Shown piece after piece: positions 16,809 to 25,504 of a DNA stretch of 64,000 nt. The notes beneath the pieces are model-generated. The model had not been told where the DNA came from. It saw nothing but the letters and a program-made list of their open reading frames with translations, and did not search any database. Source of the DNA: a virus. Both the position numbers and the translations under genes were made by a program. The stretch's first letter is position 1. Each line of letters opens with the position of its first letter. The stretch lies in the IMG/VR virus record IMGVR_UViG_3300045391_004887, positions 1 to 64,000 of that record, one strand, 5' to 3'.

Positions 16809-17395
16809 GGGGCGATCCGGTTCGGCTCGAGGAAGGCCAGTGCGGAGTCACGTGGCGGAGGAATGCCGAGGTCGAGCTTCTCCTGCCCGTTGTCGAGCAC
16901 GATGACGTCGCCGCGCCCCTTGAAGGCTTCGTTCGTGAAGCCCGGGCCGATCGGCTTCTGCTTACGCTTCTTGGTGGCCTTCGGCTGCGGCAGCCATTCG
17001 AGGCACTTGATGCGTACCTCGACGATGCCGTCGTCTCCGAGCTTCGGCGCCTCAATCGCGATCACGTAGACCGCATTCACGCCGAGCGTGTCGAGCGCCG
17101 GATGCACGACCGTCAGCGGGTCGCGCGCGGCTCCCTTGCGACGCGGGTGGACCTCTTTCAGCGCCTTCTGCAGCTTGTCGAAGTCGTCCTTGCTGGCCAC
17201 GCGGCCGACGAGGGTGATCTCGGCGTTGCTGTAGCCCTGATCCTTGATGACGGCGCCGTCCTGGTCCTTGCGTTCCTTGACGTCGACCTTGCGCGCAGCC
17301 TCGCCTTCGACCTCCCACTTTCCGGGAAGCTGGCTGCTGCCGAGAGTGAGGTTGCCCCAGTCGGTCTGGTCCCAGTGCGGGGTGATCTCTGCCAT
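16805..17395 (-). CDS. Hypothetical tail protein following the tape measure (196 aa)
   Basis: ORF-track protein with balanced composition. The call rests on position only. Confidence 0.6.
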   Translation of the reverse strand: MAEITPHWDQTDWGNLTLGSSQLPGKWEVEGEAARKVDVKERKDQDGAVIKDQGYSNAEITLVGRVASKDDFDKLQKALKEVHPRRKGAARDPLTVVHPALDTLGVNAVYVIAIEAPKLGDDGIVEVRIKCLEWLPQPKATKKRKQKPIGPGFTNEAFKGRGDVIVLDNGQEKLDLGIPPPRDSALAFLEPNRIAP

Positions 17396-17400
17396 GCGCG

Positions 17401-19296
17401 CTACGTCCCGGCGTGCTCGCCGCCCTGGTTCAGCGCATCACGAACACCGGCCATGGCCGCGTCACGAACCTCGCGCATCTTCGCGCCAGCTCCGACGGTC
17501 AGGCTGATCTTGAACGTGTTGTACTGCACCACGCGGCTCGGTCCGCCGATGCGCGCTGCCGGAGCCTCGGGCGACGCCACGATCGAAGCGCCGCTGCGCC
17601 CGAGCTCGCCGCCAGCTTCCGCCGTGGCACCGTGCCTATCCTGCAAGCCGAGCATGAAGCCGTCGACGGTGTTCTGACCGTAGCCGCGCATCACCTTCGA
17701 TGGGCTAGCGATGCCGAGCACGCTCTTGAGCGAGTCGATCATCGTCGTGCCCATCGCCATGGCACCGTCGGCGAGCGCAGAAACGAGCGACTTCATGCCG
17801 TTGATCAGGCCCATCACCGCATCGCGGCCGGCCTTGTAGGTGGCCTTGCCGAGCCACACGAAGAACTCACCGATCTCATTGCGCCAGATGACGATCGCCG
17901 AGACGATGCCAGCGACCGCGGCCGCGATGCCGAGCGCCAGCGTGACCGGCGAGGTGACGATGGCCAGCAGCACGCCGCCGATCGCACCGAGCACCGTACC
18001 GATGACTGGAAGCGCGGCCGCGATGGCTCCGACGATCACGCCGCTGACCGTTGCGATGCCTCCGAACACGGTCCAGAGCGCGCTACCGATCGCGAGGATC
18101 TTCGGAAGGAACAGCACCACGGCGCCGAGCCCGAGCACCCACTTGCCCATGGGGGTCTGTAGGAACGCAACCGCCTGTCCGATGGCCTTCACCAGCTCGA
18201 ACACCAGCGCGAACGACTTCGCCACCCCGCGCCCGAAGTCATACCAGAGCTGCCGCTGGTCGCCGGCGAGGCTCGTGATGCCATCCATGCCCGCGAGCAC
18301 TTCGGAGAAAGCTGAGCCGAAGCCCGAGGCGAACTGCCGGGCCAGGTCGATCGCGACCGGCAGCAGGCCGACCACCTTGCTGACGAAGTCTCCGAACGAG
18401 GTCACGTCGAGCTGGCCGATCGCGGAGATCGCCGACTCGATCGCATCCTTGACCTTCTTCATGGCTGGCTTCGCGGTGTCAGCCACGCGCAGGAAGAACA
18501 GCTTCGGCGCAGCCATCAGCCGATCGATCGCGCCTCCAAGCGTGGCGCGCGATTGCTGCAGCGCGAACCCGCCGAGCTCGGTCTCACCGATCTTGTGCTT
18601 GACCGCTTCCTTGATCGCCGCGATGCCGACGTCGGCGCTCACCTTGCCCGCGGTGATGAGCGCGCGAACCTGGTCGTTGGTCTTGTTCAGCACCTTGCCG
18701 AGCGCCTGGTACACCAGCACGGTCGAGACGCCTGCCTCGGCGAGCTGCCCGACGAGCTCTTCGGACTGCAGCCGACCCTTGGCCTTGATCTGCGTGATGG
18801 CAGTGACTGCGCGGTCCGCCGCCTGCGCGTCGCCCGTCAACGCCTTGAGGTCAGCAGCGAGCTTGAAGACCTCTTCGCTCTGCCCGAGCGTGAACTGCGC
18901 GGCGCGAAGCTTGATGAACTTCCCGGTGACGTCCTCGACGTCCTGACCGAGCTCGCCTGCGAGGCGCACGCTGGTGCGGAACGCAACGTTGCCCGCGCCG
19001 GCGCCGCCGTAGAGGTACTTGAAAGCCAGGCGCGCGCTCTCGGAGAAACGCGCCATCTTCACCACCATCGCGGTGGTGATCGCGCCTACCGCCACGCCGG
19101 CTGCGCCGATGCCGAGCGCCGCCGCTTTCGCCCATCCGAGCGTCTTGTCCGCGGCCTTGTTGATGACCTCGAACGCCTTGCTCTTCTGCAGCTTCTGGAG
19201 CGGCTTCTGAATCCGCTCAAGCGAGGCGGCGATCGCGCGGGCGGGTGCTGACACCTTGTTGATCAGCGCGACGACGAAGCTTGCCTGATTGCTCAT
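17401..19296 (-). CDS. Tape measure protein (631 aa)
   Basis: Long helical protein with a central hydrophobic/Gly-Ala block (…GGIATVSGVIVGAIAAALPVIGTVLGAIGGVLLAIV…). Located between the chaperone and the baseplate genes. Confidence 0.85.
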   Translation of the reverse strand: MSNQASFVVALINKVSAPARAIAASLERIQKPLQKLQKSKAFEVINKAADKTLGWAKAAALGIGAAGVAVGAITTAMVVKMARFSESARLAFKYLYGGAGAGNVAFRTSVRLAGELGQDVEDVTGKFIKLRAAQFTLGQSEEVFKLAADLKALTGDAQAADRAVTAITQIKAKGRLQSEELVGQLAEAGVSTVLVYQALGKVLNKTNDQVRALITAGKVSADVGIAAIKEAVKHKIGETELGGFALQQSRATLGGAIDRLMAAPKLFFLRVADTAKPAMKKVKDAIESAISAIGQLDVTSFGDFVSKVVGLLPVAIDLARQFASGFGSAFSEVLAGMDGITSLAGDQRQLWYDFGRGVAKSFALVFELVKAIGQAVAFLQTPMGKWVLGLGAVVLFLPKILAIGSALWTVFGGIATVSGVIVGAIAAALPVIGTVLGAIGGVLLAIVTSPVTLALGIAAAVAGIVSAIVIWRNEIGEFFVWLGKATYKAGRDAVMGLINGMKSLVSALADGAMAMGTTMIDSLKSVLGIASPSKVMRGYGQNTVDGFMLGLQDRHGATAEAGGELGRSGASIVASPEAPAARIGGPSRVVQYNTFKISLTVGAGAKMREVRDAAMAGVRDALNQGGEHAGT

Positions 19297-19481
19297 CGTC
19301 CGCTCTTCTTCGGTGCTTTCGGTGGCGCGATCGCCATGCGAAGGATGTGGATGTCCTGGGCAATCCCAGCGATGAGCAGGGCGCCGTCGTACGCGAGATC
19401 GCCGTCGTCGATCCGCCCGCCAAGGGCGAGGAGCGCGAGCGCTCCGCCTCCGACGTCAGCGCGCAGACGGCTCAGGGTTTT
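19293..19481 (-). other. -1 frame extension of the tail assembly chaperone (candidate G/GT-type programmed frameshift product)
   Basis: The -1 frame is open from the AAAA run (19481..19478, context GAC UCA AAA CCC UGA) to a TGA that overlaps the tape-measure ATG. It reads TLSRLRADVGGGALALLALGGRIDDGDLAYDGALLIAGIAQDIHILRMAIAPPKAPKKSGR. The third frame stops quickly. Confidence 0.5.
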
Positions 19482-19783
19482 GAGTCGTCTTCCTCGACGC
19501 CAGCCATCTTGGCCAGCTGGGGATTCACCGAGGTCGGTAGGCCCGGCTTGTCCTCGAAGATCTTCGCGACGGTGAGCGCATCGGGGTACACCGCGCAGCT
19601 CCGAGCGAGGTTCTCGACCGGCGTCGCCTTGTCAGGCTTGTTGCTCGCCATCGAGTTGAAGAAGAAGTTCCACTCCACCTTCTTCGGCTTGCGGAACACG
19701 ATTCCCGACTTCTCGTGCACGTAGATCTCGCCGTGCTCGCGCTCGAGCTCGGCGCGCTTCTCCGCCGTCAACGTCTCAGCCAT
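19472..19783 (-). CDS. Tail assembly chaperone (gpG-like, 103 aa)
   Basis: Small acidic protein between the tube and tape-measure genes, followed by the open -1 frame. Confidence 0.7.
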   Translation of the reverse strand: MAETLTAEKRAELEREHGEIYVHEKSGIVFRKPKKVEWNFFFNSMASNKPDKATPVENLARSCAVYPDALTVAKIFEDKPGLPTSVNPQLAKMAGVEEDDSKP

Positions 19784-19818
19784 GCAATGCCTCTCGTCCT
19801 TCTCGCGCGCTCAGCGCG

Positions 19819-20379
19819 CTACGGAATCAGACCGCCGACCGCTCCGCCGAGGCTGCCCAGCATGCCGACGCCGTTGCGCAGCACCTTGATCAGAGCCAGC
19901 TCGAGCTTGACGACCAGCGCGTCGCTGCTGCCCTGCTGCACCTGGTCCTCGGCCTTGGTGATGCGGCAGCCTTCGAGGGTGTCGGTGATGGGCAGAAGGC
20001 CGATGTCCGCGTAGGACACGACGACCTGGAACGGCACCGTCCCGTAGCCGCCTCCGCCCATGGTGGCGAGGGTGTCCATCAGCGCCTGCGCGTATCGCTT
20101 CTCCATGGAGAGCGAGGCCTCGCAGTCGTAGATGCCGCGCGTCATGCCGAGCTTTTCGGGCGAACCGATCGCCCGGAAGATGCCCGGCTCGAGGCTGTCC
20201 GAATACGAGATCTCGGTCACGCCGGCGAACAGCGAGCTCGCGCCGAGCGCGCCCGCGGCCGCACCGATGGCCTTGCCGACGACGCCGCCGGCCGCGGTCG
20301 GCGTGATCTGGATCGACACGCTCGACTGGTCATAGACGACACCGTTGATGATGGTGCCCAGGCTCTGAAGCAGTGACAT
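19819..20379 (-). CDS. Tail tube protein (186 aa)
   Basis: Directly follows the sheath gene. GGAGGA SD. Size and composition are typical of contractile-tail tube proteins. Confidence 0.75.
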   Translation of the reverse strand: MSLLQSLGTIINGVVYDQSSVSIQITPTAAGGVVGKAIGAAAGALGASSLFAGVTEISYSDSLEPGIFRAIGSPEKLGMTRGIYDCEASLSMEKRYAQALMDTLATMGGGGYGTVPFQVVVSYADIGLLPITDTLEGCRITKAEDQVQQGSSDALVVKLELALIKVLRNGVGMLGSLGGAVGGLIP

Positions 20380-20382
20380 TGA

Positions 20383-21819
20383 TCATCCTCCCACGTTGAG
20401 CGCGTAGCCCATCTCGGTGACCAGCTGCTTCGAGTAGCCCAGAGGGCGAATCGCGACCTTGCTGCGGATGGTGAAGGTGGTCAGCACGTTGTTGTCCCGC
20501 GTGATGCGGTACTGCAGCGCGCTGACGTGACCCTTGGTGCCCTCGGCGTTGTCGGGCGTGAGCAGCTTGTCGCTCAGCGCACCGTTGACGGGCTTCTCGA
20601 GGCGCAGAGCGTCGCGCTCGTCGATCGTGCCATCGCCGTTCGTGCGCACGCCGATCGAGCTGAAGTTTTGCTGCGCCTTCTGAACGGTGTCGCAGGCGAT
20701 GTCCATCAGCCTGCCGTGCTGGAAGTACAGGAAGTCCGAACCCGCCGCGCTCTTGAGCCGCAGGTTCGTCGCGTAGAAGCCCGCGCGGCCTTCCCACGTG
20801 CGCAGGGTGCTGATCTTGTTCTCGTCCATCACCTCGGTGCGGAACTCGTCGTGGGTGATGGCGACGACACCGGTCAGCGCGCCGCTCGCCACGCGGGCGA
20901 TGTCGGTGGACGGCAGCGACGCGTGAGCGCGCGCGGCCAGCGTGACCAGGATCGGGAAGCGCGGCGTGCCCCAGCCAGCGAACGCCTTGCTGCTCGACTG
21001 GTCCGCGTTGCCGTAGCAGACGGCGATGCGCGAGCTCGAGACCGCGGCCATGGCCGTGATCACGTTCGAGGTCGTGTCCTCGCCCGCGTCCATGATCCAT
21101 CGCGAGTACTTGAACTTGGCCGCGAGGCTCGCCGCGTGCGTGTCGAGCGCCGCGAACATCGTTGCTGCAGCCGCGCCGCTCGCGTGCTTGCCCGTCAGCA
21201 CGCCGAAGGTGAACTGCAGGGGCGAAGCGAGGATCGCCGTGACGCCGGTCGCCAGGTTCGCGGTCGAGTAGAGCGGCGCGGTGCACGTGAAGGTGTGCAC
21301 GTCGCCCTTCTCGAAGATGGTCGGGCCGCCGCCGGGAACGAACGTCAGAGTGATGTTCGTGCGCGGAATCGCGTACGTGCCGCCCGATGGAATCGTGAGC
21401 ACCTCGCTGTAGCTGAGGCCGTTGTCGAGCGAGTATTTGAACTTGCCGGCGCCGAGCGCACCGGTCGTCGTGATCTCGATGCGCACGCGGTACGCGTCGT
21501 ATGCGGCGCCGGCGACGGTGATCGTGCCGGTCGCAGTGCCCACCGCGGTCTTGGTGACCGAGCCGGCCGCGCCCGCGGTGCTGCCCGTGAGCCGCATCGC
21601 GCGCACCGGCCAGCCGCCGATGTCGCCCATGTGGCAGACGCACTCAGGCAACGGGCCTTCGCCGAGCGTGTCGACGACGTCGGCCTTGTTGCTGAAGCTG
21701 TAGATGCTCTCGACGGTGCCCGCGCTCGAGCACCCGAGCACGAGGGGCGCGCTGGCGCCCTCGGCCGGGATCCCGAGACCCGGGTCGCGAATGGTGAGGC
21801 TCTGCCCTGGGATGGCCAT
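20383..21819 (-). CDS. Tail sheath protein (478 aa)
   Basis: Size and position fit, and the sequence character resembles Mu-type sheath (…FYATNLRLKSAAGSDFLYFQHGRLMDIACD…). AGGAG SD. Confidence 0.8.
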   Translation of the reverse strand: MAIPGQSLTIRDPGLGIPAEGASAPLVLGCSSAGTVESIYSFSNKADVVDTLGEGPLPECVCHMGDIGGWPVRAMRLTGSTAGAAGSVTKTAVGTATGTITVAGAAYDAYRVRIEITTTGALGAGKFKYSLDNGLSYSEVLTIPSGGTYAIPRTNITLTFVPGGGPTIFEKGDVHTFTCTAPLYSTANLATGVTAILASPLQFTFGVLTGKHASGAAAATMFAALDTHAASLAAKFKYSRWIMDAGEDTTSNVITAMAAVSSSRIAVCYGNADQSSSKAFAGWGTPRFPILVTLAARAHASLPSTDIARVASGALTGVVAITHDEFRTEVMDENKISTLRTWEGRAGFYATNLRLKSAAGSDFLYFQHGRLMDIACDTVQKAQQNFSSIGVRTNGDGTIDERDALRLEKPVNGALSDKLLTPDNAEGTKGHVSALQYRITRDNNVLTTFTIRSKVAIRPLGYSKQLVTEMGYALNVGG

Positions 21820-21911
21820 CGACGGACGCTCCTGTGCCGTCCGGGCTCAGCCCGATGCGGCGGACGGTGTTGGCGTTGGAAGGGCTGCGCGCTCGGGAGC
21901 GCGCGCCTGGT

Positions 21912-22292
21912 TCAGCTGCGGTTGGAGATCGCGGCGTGACGGCTCAGCGCGCGCGCATGCGGGACGTACTCGCCCTTCGCGTTCGGCGCAGAGGCGGCCT
22001 TGAGCGCCGCCAGGTAGTCATCGAGCTCGATCTCGAGCTGCGCACCTTCGTGGTGAGCGTGCTCGGCCCAGCCGTGCAGCGCTGCGGCCGCGGCGTGCTG
22101 CCAGGCCGGAACGTCGGGAATGCTTTCGGCGAGGATCGTCACCGCGTTGCGCAGCGCCTTTTTTCTGGGCGGCGAGTTGGGATCGGCCTCCGCCGCGGCT
22201 GCGCGCGCTTCCTCCGCATCGGCGTAGACGCCTGCGGTGGACTCGGTCTCGACGACGGTTGCGCCGCCCTGGCTTTGCTGCTTCTTGCTCAT
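21912..22292 (-). CDS. Hypothetical neck-region protein (126 aa)
   Basis: Start trimmed to ATG 22292..22290 (ATGA overlap with the stop of 22289..22813): MSKKQQSQGGATVVETESTAGVYADAEEARAAAAEADPNSPPRKK... The upstream part of the track ORF is junk. Confidence 0.6.
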   Translation of the reverse strand: MSKKQQSQGGATVVETESTAGVYADAEEARAAAAEADPNSPPRKKALRNAVTILAESIPDVPAWQHAAAAALHGWAEHAHHEGAQLEIELDDYLAALKAASAPNAKGEYVPHARALSRHAAISNRS

Positions 22293-22813
22293 GGGACGAT
22301 GCCCTCGCAGTCGTGCTCGGTCGCCTGGATCACGGTGAGCGGATCGATCGACCGCGGGATCATGATCGACCAGTTGAATTCTTGGATGACGGCCTCGACG
22401 TCGCCGCGGACGTAGCCGGAGTTGCCTTCTTCCTGGGTCGTCCAGGTCGCCGAGCCGAACAGCTGGGGGCTCATGCCGAAGACATCGCGCACCGCGCCGA
22501 GCACCGCGTACCAGACGAGCTCGGTCTGCTGCTCGCCGTGCCCAACGATGATCGCGCTCACGATCTGCGTGGCATCTGCGAGCGGGTCGACGCTCTGCTT
22601 CTCGGCAGCGTCTTGCTTCGGCCCCGCCTTCGCAGGCGTGCGGAACGTCGTGGACCCGCGGATCCACGCGACGTACGGGGGAGCCTTCAGCTCCTGGGCC
22701 TCGCGCCGGCCGATCCGCCAATCGTCAATCGATGGAGCGTAGATGCGCTTCGCGGCCGCCGGATAGGCGTCGTGCACGGCGTTCACGAGCCGTCGGAAGA
22801 TCGAGTCAGCCAT
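22289..22813 (-). CDS. Tail completion / neck protein (174 aa)
   Basis: Position between the virion-morphogenesis gene and the sheath. Balanced composition. Confidence 0.55.
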   Translation of the reverse strand: MADSIFRRLVNAVHDAYPAAAKRIYAPSIDDWRIGRREAQELKAPPYVAWIRGSTTFRTPAKAGPKQDAAEKQSVDPLADATQIVSAIIVGHGEQQTELVWYAVLGAVRDVFGMSPQLFGSATWTTQEEGNSGYVRGDVEAVIQEFNWSIMIPRSIDPLTVIQATEHDCEGIVP

Positions 22814-23423
22814 TCGCCGCGACCAGTGCCTTGCGTACGATGCGGCGCGCGAGATCGCGCACGGAGAAGCGCGCGCTGGTCTTGGGGATCAGCGAGCCGC
22901 CGCCATCGAAGTAGATCGAAAGCGCATCCTGCGCGCTCGCTTCCATCGCCTTCTGGTATTCGCGCGGCAGCCCACGCTCAGCGTCGGGAACCATCATGCG
23001 CCGCGGCCGCGTCGTCCGATCTTCGGTCAACGTGATGCCGAGCGTGCGCGCGATGTCCGAGAGCGAACGGCCCTGCACCCGGCGCGACGGATGAACTGCG
23101 ACCGTCTTGGTGCCTGGCTTCTGGTGATACGCGGCGTACTCGACCGACGGCGCGATCATCCAACCGTCGAGGCCGAAGCGGACGATGTGCCAGCCGTTCT
23201 TGAGCCGACTGGTCTTGCCGCTGAGCGTCTTGCGACCGTCGGGACGCTTCTTCGGCTTCCATCGCCGCCCGTAGGGGTCGTTCTCGGCGCGGAAGCGCTC
23301 GAACGTCAGCTGAAGCATCTCCTCAGCCATGGAGCGGCTCGCGAGCCTCAGCGCCTCGTCACCGTCCTCGAAGAGCTTGCGCCACCCTTCGACAACTCCG
23401 AAGTCGCCGGTGGCCGTGAGCAT
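22806..23423 (-). CDS. Virion morphogenesis / head-tail joining protein (Mu gpG-like, 205 aa)
   Basis: …RFRAENDPYGRRWKPKKRPDGRKTLSGKTSRLKNGWHI… resembles the phage virion morphogenesis family. Confidence 0.6.
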   Translation of the reverse strand: MLTATGDFGVVEGWRKLFEDGDEALRLASRSMAEEMLQLTFERFRAENDPYGRRWKPKKRPDGRKTLSGKTSRLKNGWHIVRFGLDGWMIAPSVEYAAYHQKPGTKTVAVHPSRRVQGRSLSDIARTLGITLTEDRTTRPRRMMVPDAERGLPREYQKAMEASAQDALSIYFDGGGSLIPKTSARFSVRDLARRIVRKALVAANG

Positions 23424-23429
23424 TGTTGA

Positions 23430-24143
23430 TCACCACTCGCGCGTCGGGTTCGTCACCACGACTGATCCGCCGTCGAACGTCTCAGGCGTGCTATCGACGA
23501 ACCCCGGCGGGCGCAGCTTGCCGTTGGCGATCTGCTCGAACCAGCGGATCGACGCCTTCTCGGTGTCGAACACGGTCTGGTCGGGCCCCTCGGGGTCTGT
23601 GCCGCGGTCGCGCAGGATGTTGGCTGCGGCTAGGCGCGCGCAGTGCATCGCCAGGCTGCGCGGCCAAGCCGTCAGCGGCATCTCGTACGCGCTGCCGATG
23701 TAGTCCTCGGCGGACACGCTTGCTGCCACGCAGTGCGACCACAGCTGCTCTGAATCGATGTCGCCGAGCGCCTGCTTGGGCAGGCCGTACGTTGTGATGT
23801 CGCCGGGCGAGCAGTAGATCGTGTGCGCTTCGAGCGTGATCCCGAGCTGCACCGTGGTGCCGGCATCGAGATCCACGCGCGCGCGCACGTAGCGGTCGAG
23901 GTTGCCGGCGAAGAACTCGCGCTCGCTGTCGGTCGCGACGACGCTCAGCGCCACGTGCCACTGCGCGGTCTCGGTCGGCCTGCACTCGATCGTAACCGTG
24001 ACCTCTGGAGAGCCGATGACCGGCGCGAGATTGACCTCGAGGCGAGCTGCGCGGCGAAGCTGGCCGATGTCGACCTGCTCGCCGGTGCTGCTCGAGCTCT
24101 GCTCGCTGGACGCAAGCAGCTCGAAGGTCTTCGCGTCAGCCAT
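23430..24143 (-). CDS. Head-tail connector protein; C-terminal half Mu gp36 (DUF1320)-like (237 aa)
   Basis: The C-terminal …DITTYGLPKQALGDIDSEQLWSHCVAASVSAEDYIGSAYEMPL…RLAAANILRDRG… pattern resembles gp36-type adaptors. The N-terminal ~110 aa are extra. Confidence 0.55.
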   Translation of the reverse strand: MADAKTFELLASSEQSSSSTGEQVDIGQLRRAARLEVNLAPVIGSPEVTVTIECRPTETAQWHVALSVVATDSEREFFAGNLDRYVRARVDLDAGTTVQLGITLEAHTIYCSPGDITTYGLPKQALGDIDSEQLWSHCVAASVSAEDYIGSAYEMPLTAWPRSLAMHCARLAAANILRDRGTDPEGPDQTVFDTEKASIRWFEQIANGKLRPPGFVDSTPETFDGGSVVVTNPTREW

Positions 24144-24153
24144 GTCGACGACC

Positions 24154-24420
24154 TCAGAACAGGCCGATGATGACGACGCCGGAGCCGACAGCTGTGAGGT
24201 ACCGCGGGCGAACCGCGAGCACCTGGCCCTGCGCGATGTAGAGCGTCGCCGAGACGTTATCCAAGCCCGTGACTGTCACGGTTCCGGACGTGCCGGTGTT
24301 CTGGATCGCGCGCGGAATCTCGGCGAGCGCGCCGGCACCCGCGGAGATCGCGGCCCAACGACCGTATGGGCCGTTGGGCGCGTTCTCGGCGCCGGGCGAC
24401 TTGTCGATCTGGCTCGCCAT
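24154..24420 (-). CDS. Hypothetical head-region protein (88 aa)
   Basis: ORF-track protein. 1-nt TGATG-type coupling to the upstream gene. Confidence 0.5.
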   Translation of the reverse strand: MASQIDKSPGAENAPNGPYGRWAAISAGAGALAEIPRAIQNTGTSGTVTVTGLDNVSATLYIAQGQVLAVRPRYLTAVGSGVVIIGLF

Positions 24421-24851
24421 CAGGCGCTCAGCTGACGCGCGAGCACGTTCACGTAGCCCGCGCCAGCGGTGAATGCATCGACGATGCGGTCGAAGCGGAT
24501 CACGTTGCCGGGCACGAGCACCACGACGCCGTTGCTGCCGAACTTCGCGCCGACGGTACCGCCGATCGCCTTGCCCTGCACCAGCGTTGCGAGCACGTCA
24601 CCGCCCGCGCCGCCGAGCAGGTTGCCCTTGGTGTTGTACGAGGCGTTGTCCGAGCTCGCGCCGATCGCCGCGTTCGTACCGCCGGTGAATGCGGTGGTGA
24701 TCTCCCACCACAGCCGCTCGAGCGCGAGCGTGACGCCGTCGGGGAGCTTGAACAGCGCCTGCGCATCCGCGGTGTCCTTGCTGATGGGCAGACGCAGGTG
24801 CACGGGCTCGAACAGGCCTACGGTGCGGCCGTTGGGGAGCGTGATGGGCAT
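24420..24851 (-). CDS. Hypothetical head-region protein (143 aa)
   Basis: ORF-track protein with balanced composition and high GC3. Confidence 0.6.
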   Translation of the reverse strand: MPITLPNGRTVGLFEPVHLRLPISKDTADAQALFKLPDGVTLALERLWWEITTAFTGGTNAAIGASSDNASYNTKGNLLGGAGGDVLATLVQGKAIGGTVGAKFGSNGVVVLVPGNVIRFDRIVDAFTAGAGYVNVLARQLSA

Positions 24852-24891
24852 GGTTCAGAATCCTTCGCGTGCTGTTGGTCGGTGATCGCGT

Positions 24892-25167
24892 TCAGAGCGC
24901 GGCGAAGGCCGCGATGACCTCGGTGGCCTGACTGAGCGTCAGCCCGAGGTCGGTGAGTTCGCACTCGTCGGCGCCGGCGAGGTCCTCGCGCGCCGTGTAT
25001 CCGAGCGGTGTGAGCGTGGAGAGGTGCGGAAAGTCAGAAGGCAGAGCCGTCGCCGACTCTGCCTCCTGCTTCCCGCGCCACACGAGTTCGAGACCCTCGT
25101 CCCCGAGCTCTGCGGCGGCATGCCTCTTCGCGAGATAGAAGCGCCGCGCGCTGCCGAGCGTGCTCAC
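24892..25167 (-). CDS. Hypothetical protein (91 aa)
   Basis: GTG start in a GTGA overlap with the stop of 25164..25502. Confidence 0.5.
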   Translation of the reverse strand: MSTLGSARRFYLAKRHAAAELGDEGLELVWRGKQEAESATALPSDFPHLSTLTPLGYTAREDLAGADECELTDLGLTLSQATEVIAAFAAL

Positions 25168-25502
25168 TTGCGCTTGCGCGTCGTGGGCTGCTCGGACTTC
25201 TGCTCGGTCTCCTGCGTCGAGTCGCCTTCGGCAGAAGCCGCGGCCTTCTCGCGCTCGGCAGCTTCCGCCGCTTCGCGCTCCTTCTGCTCGCGATCGGCCG
25301 TTTCGCGGGCCGCCTGTTCGGCAGCTTCGCGCTCGGCCTTCTCGCGTTCGGCGGCTTCGGCGGCGGCGCGCTCGGCTTCCTGCTCCGCACGCGCCTGCTC
25401 GCCTTCCTGCTCGGCCTCGACGGCGCGAGCCTCCGCTTCCTGCCGCGCCTTGGTGACGCCAGCTTCGCGGAGCTCACGGTGCCGGTTCAGCAGCATCCCC
25501 AT
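25164..25502 (-). CDS. Highly charged E/A/R-repeat protein (112 aa) directly downstream of the capsid gene
   Basis: Start trimmed to ATG 25502..25500, 2 nt after the capsid stop: MGMLLNRHRELREAGVTKARQEAEARAVEAEQEGEQARAEQEAERAAAEAAEREKAEREAAEQAARETADREQKEREAAEAAEREKAAA... Confidence 0.6.
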   Translation of the reverse strand: MGMLLNRHRELREAGVTKARQEAEARAVEAEQEGEQARAEQEAERAAAEAAEREKAEREAAEQAARETADREQKEREAAEAAEREKAAASAEGDSTQETEQKSEQPTTRKRK

Positions 25503-25504
25503 GA

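Noticed and set aside
21820-21911. Hairpins (GCGCGCT-CCCG-AGCGCGC; CCGTCCG…CGGACGG) upstream of the sheath gene as a terminator
   Set aside because: No U tract follows. In DNA this GC-rich such stems arise easily. Noted as possible RNA structure only.
20330-21939. Long ORFs 20330..21643(-) and 20527..21939(+) overlapping the sheath gene
   Set aside because: Extreme R/H/G/A composition with no motifs. The sheath frame (20383..21819) has balanced composition and high GC3. The same reasoning rejects 25529..26824(+), 27258..28493(+), 29978..32197(+), 4953..5819(+), 5195..6523(+), 11966..13291(+), 57155..58834(-), 62683..63843(-), 59221..60063(-), 60124..61056(-) and similar ORFs.
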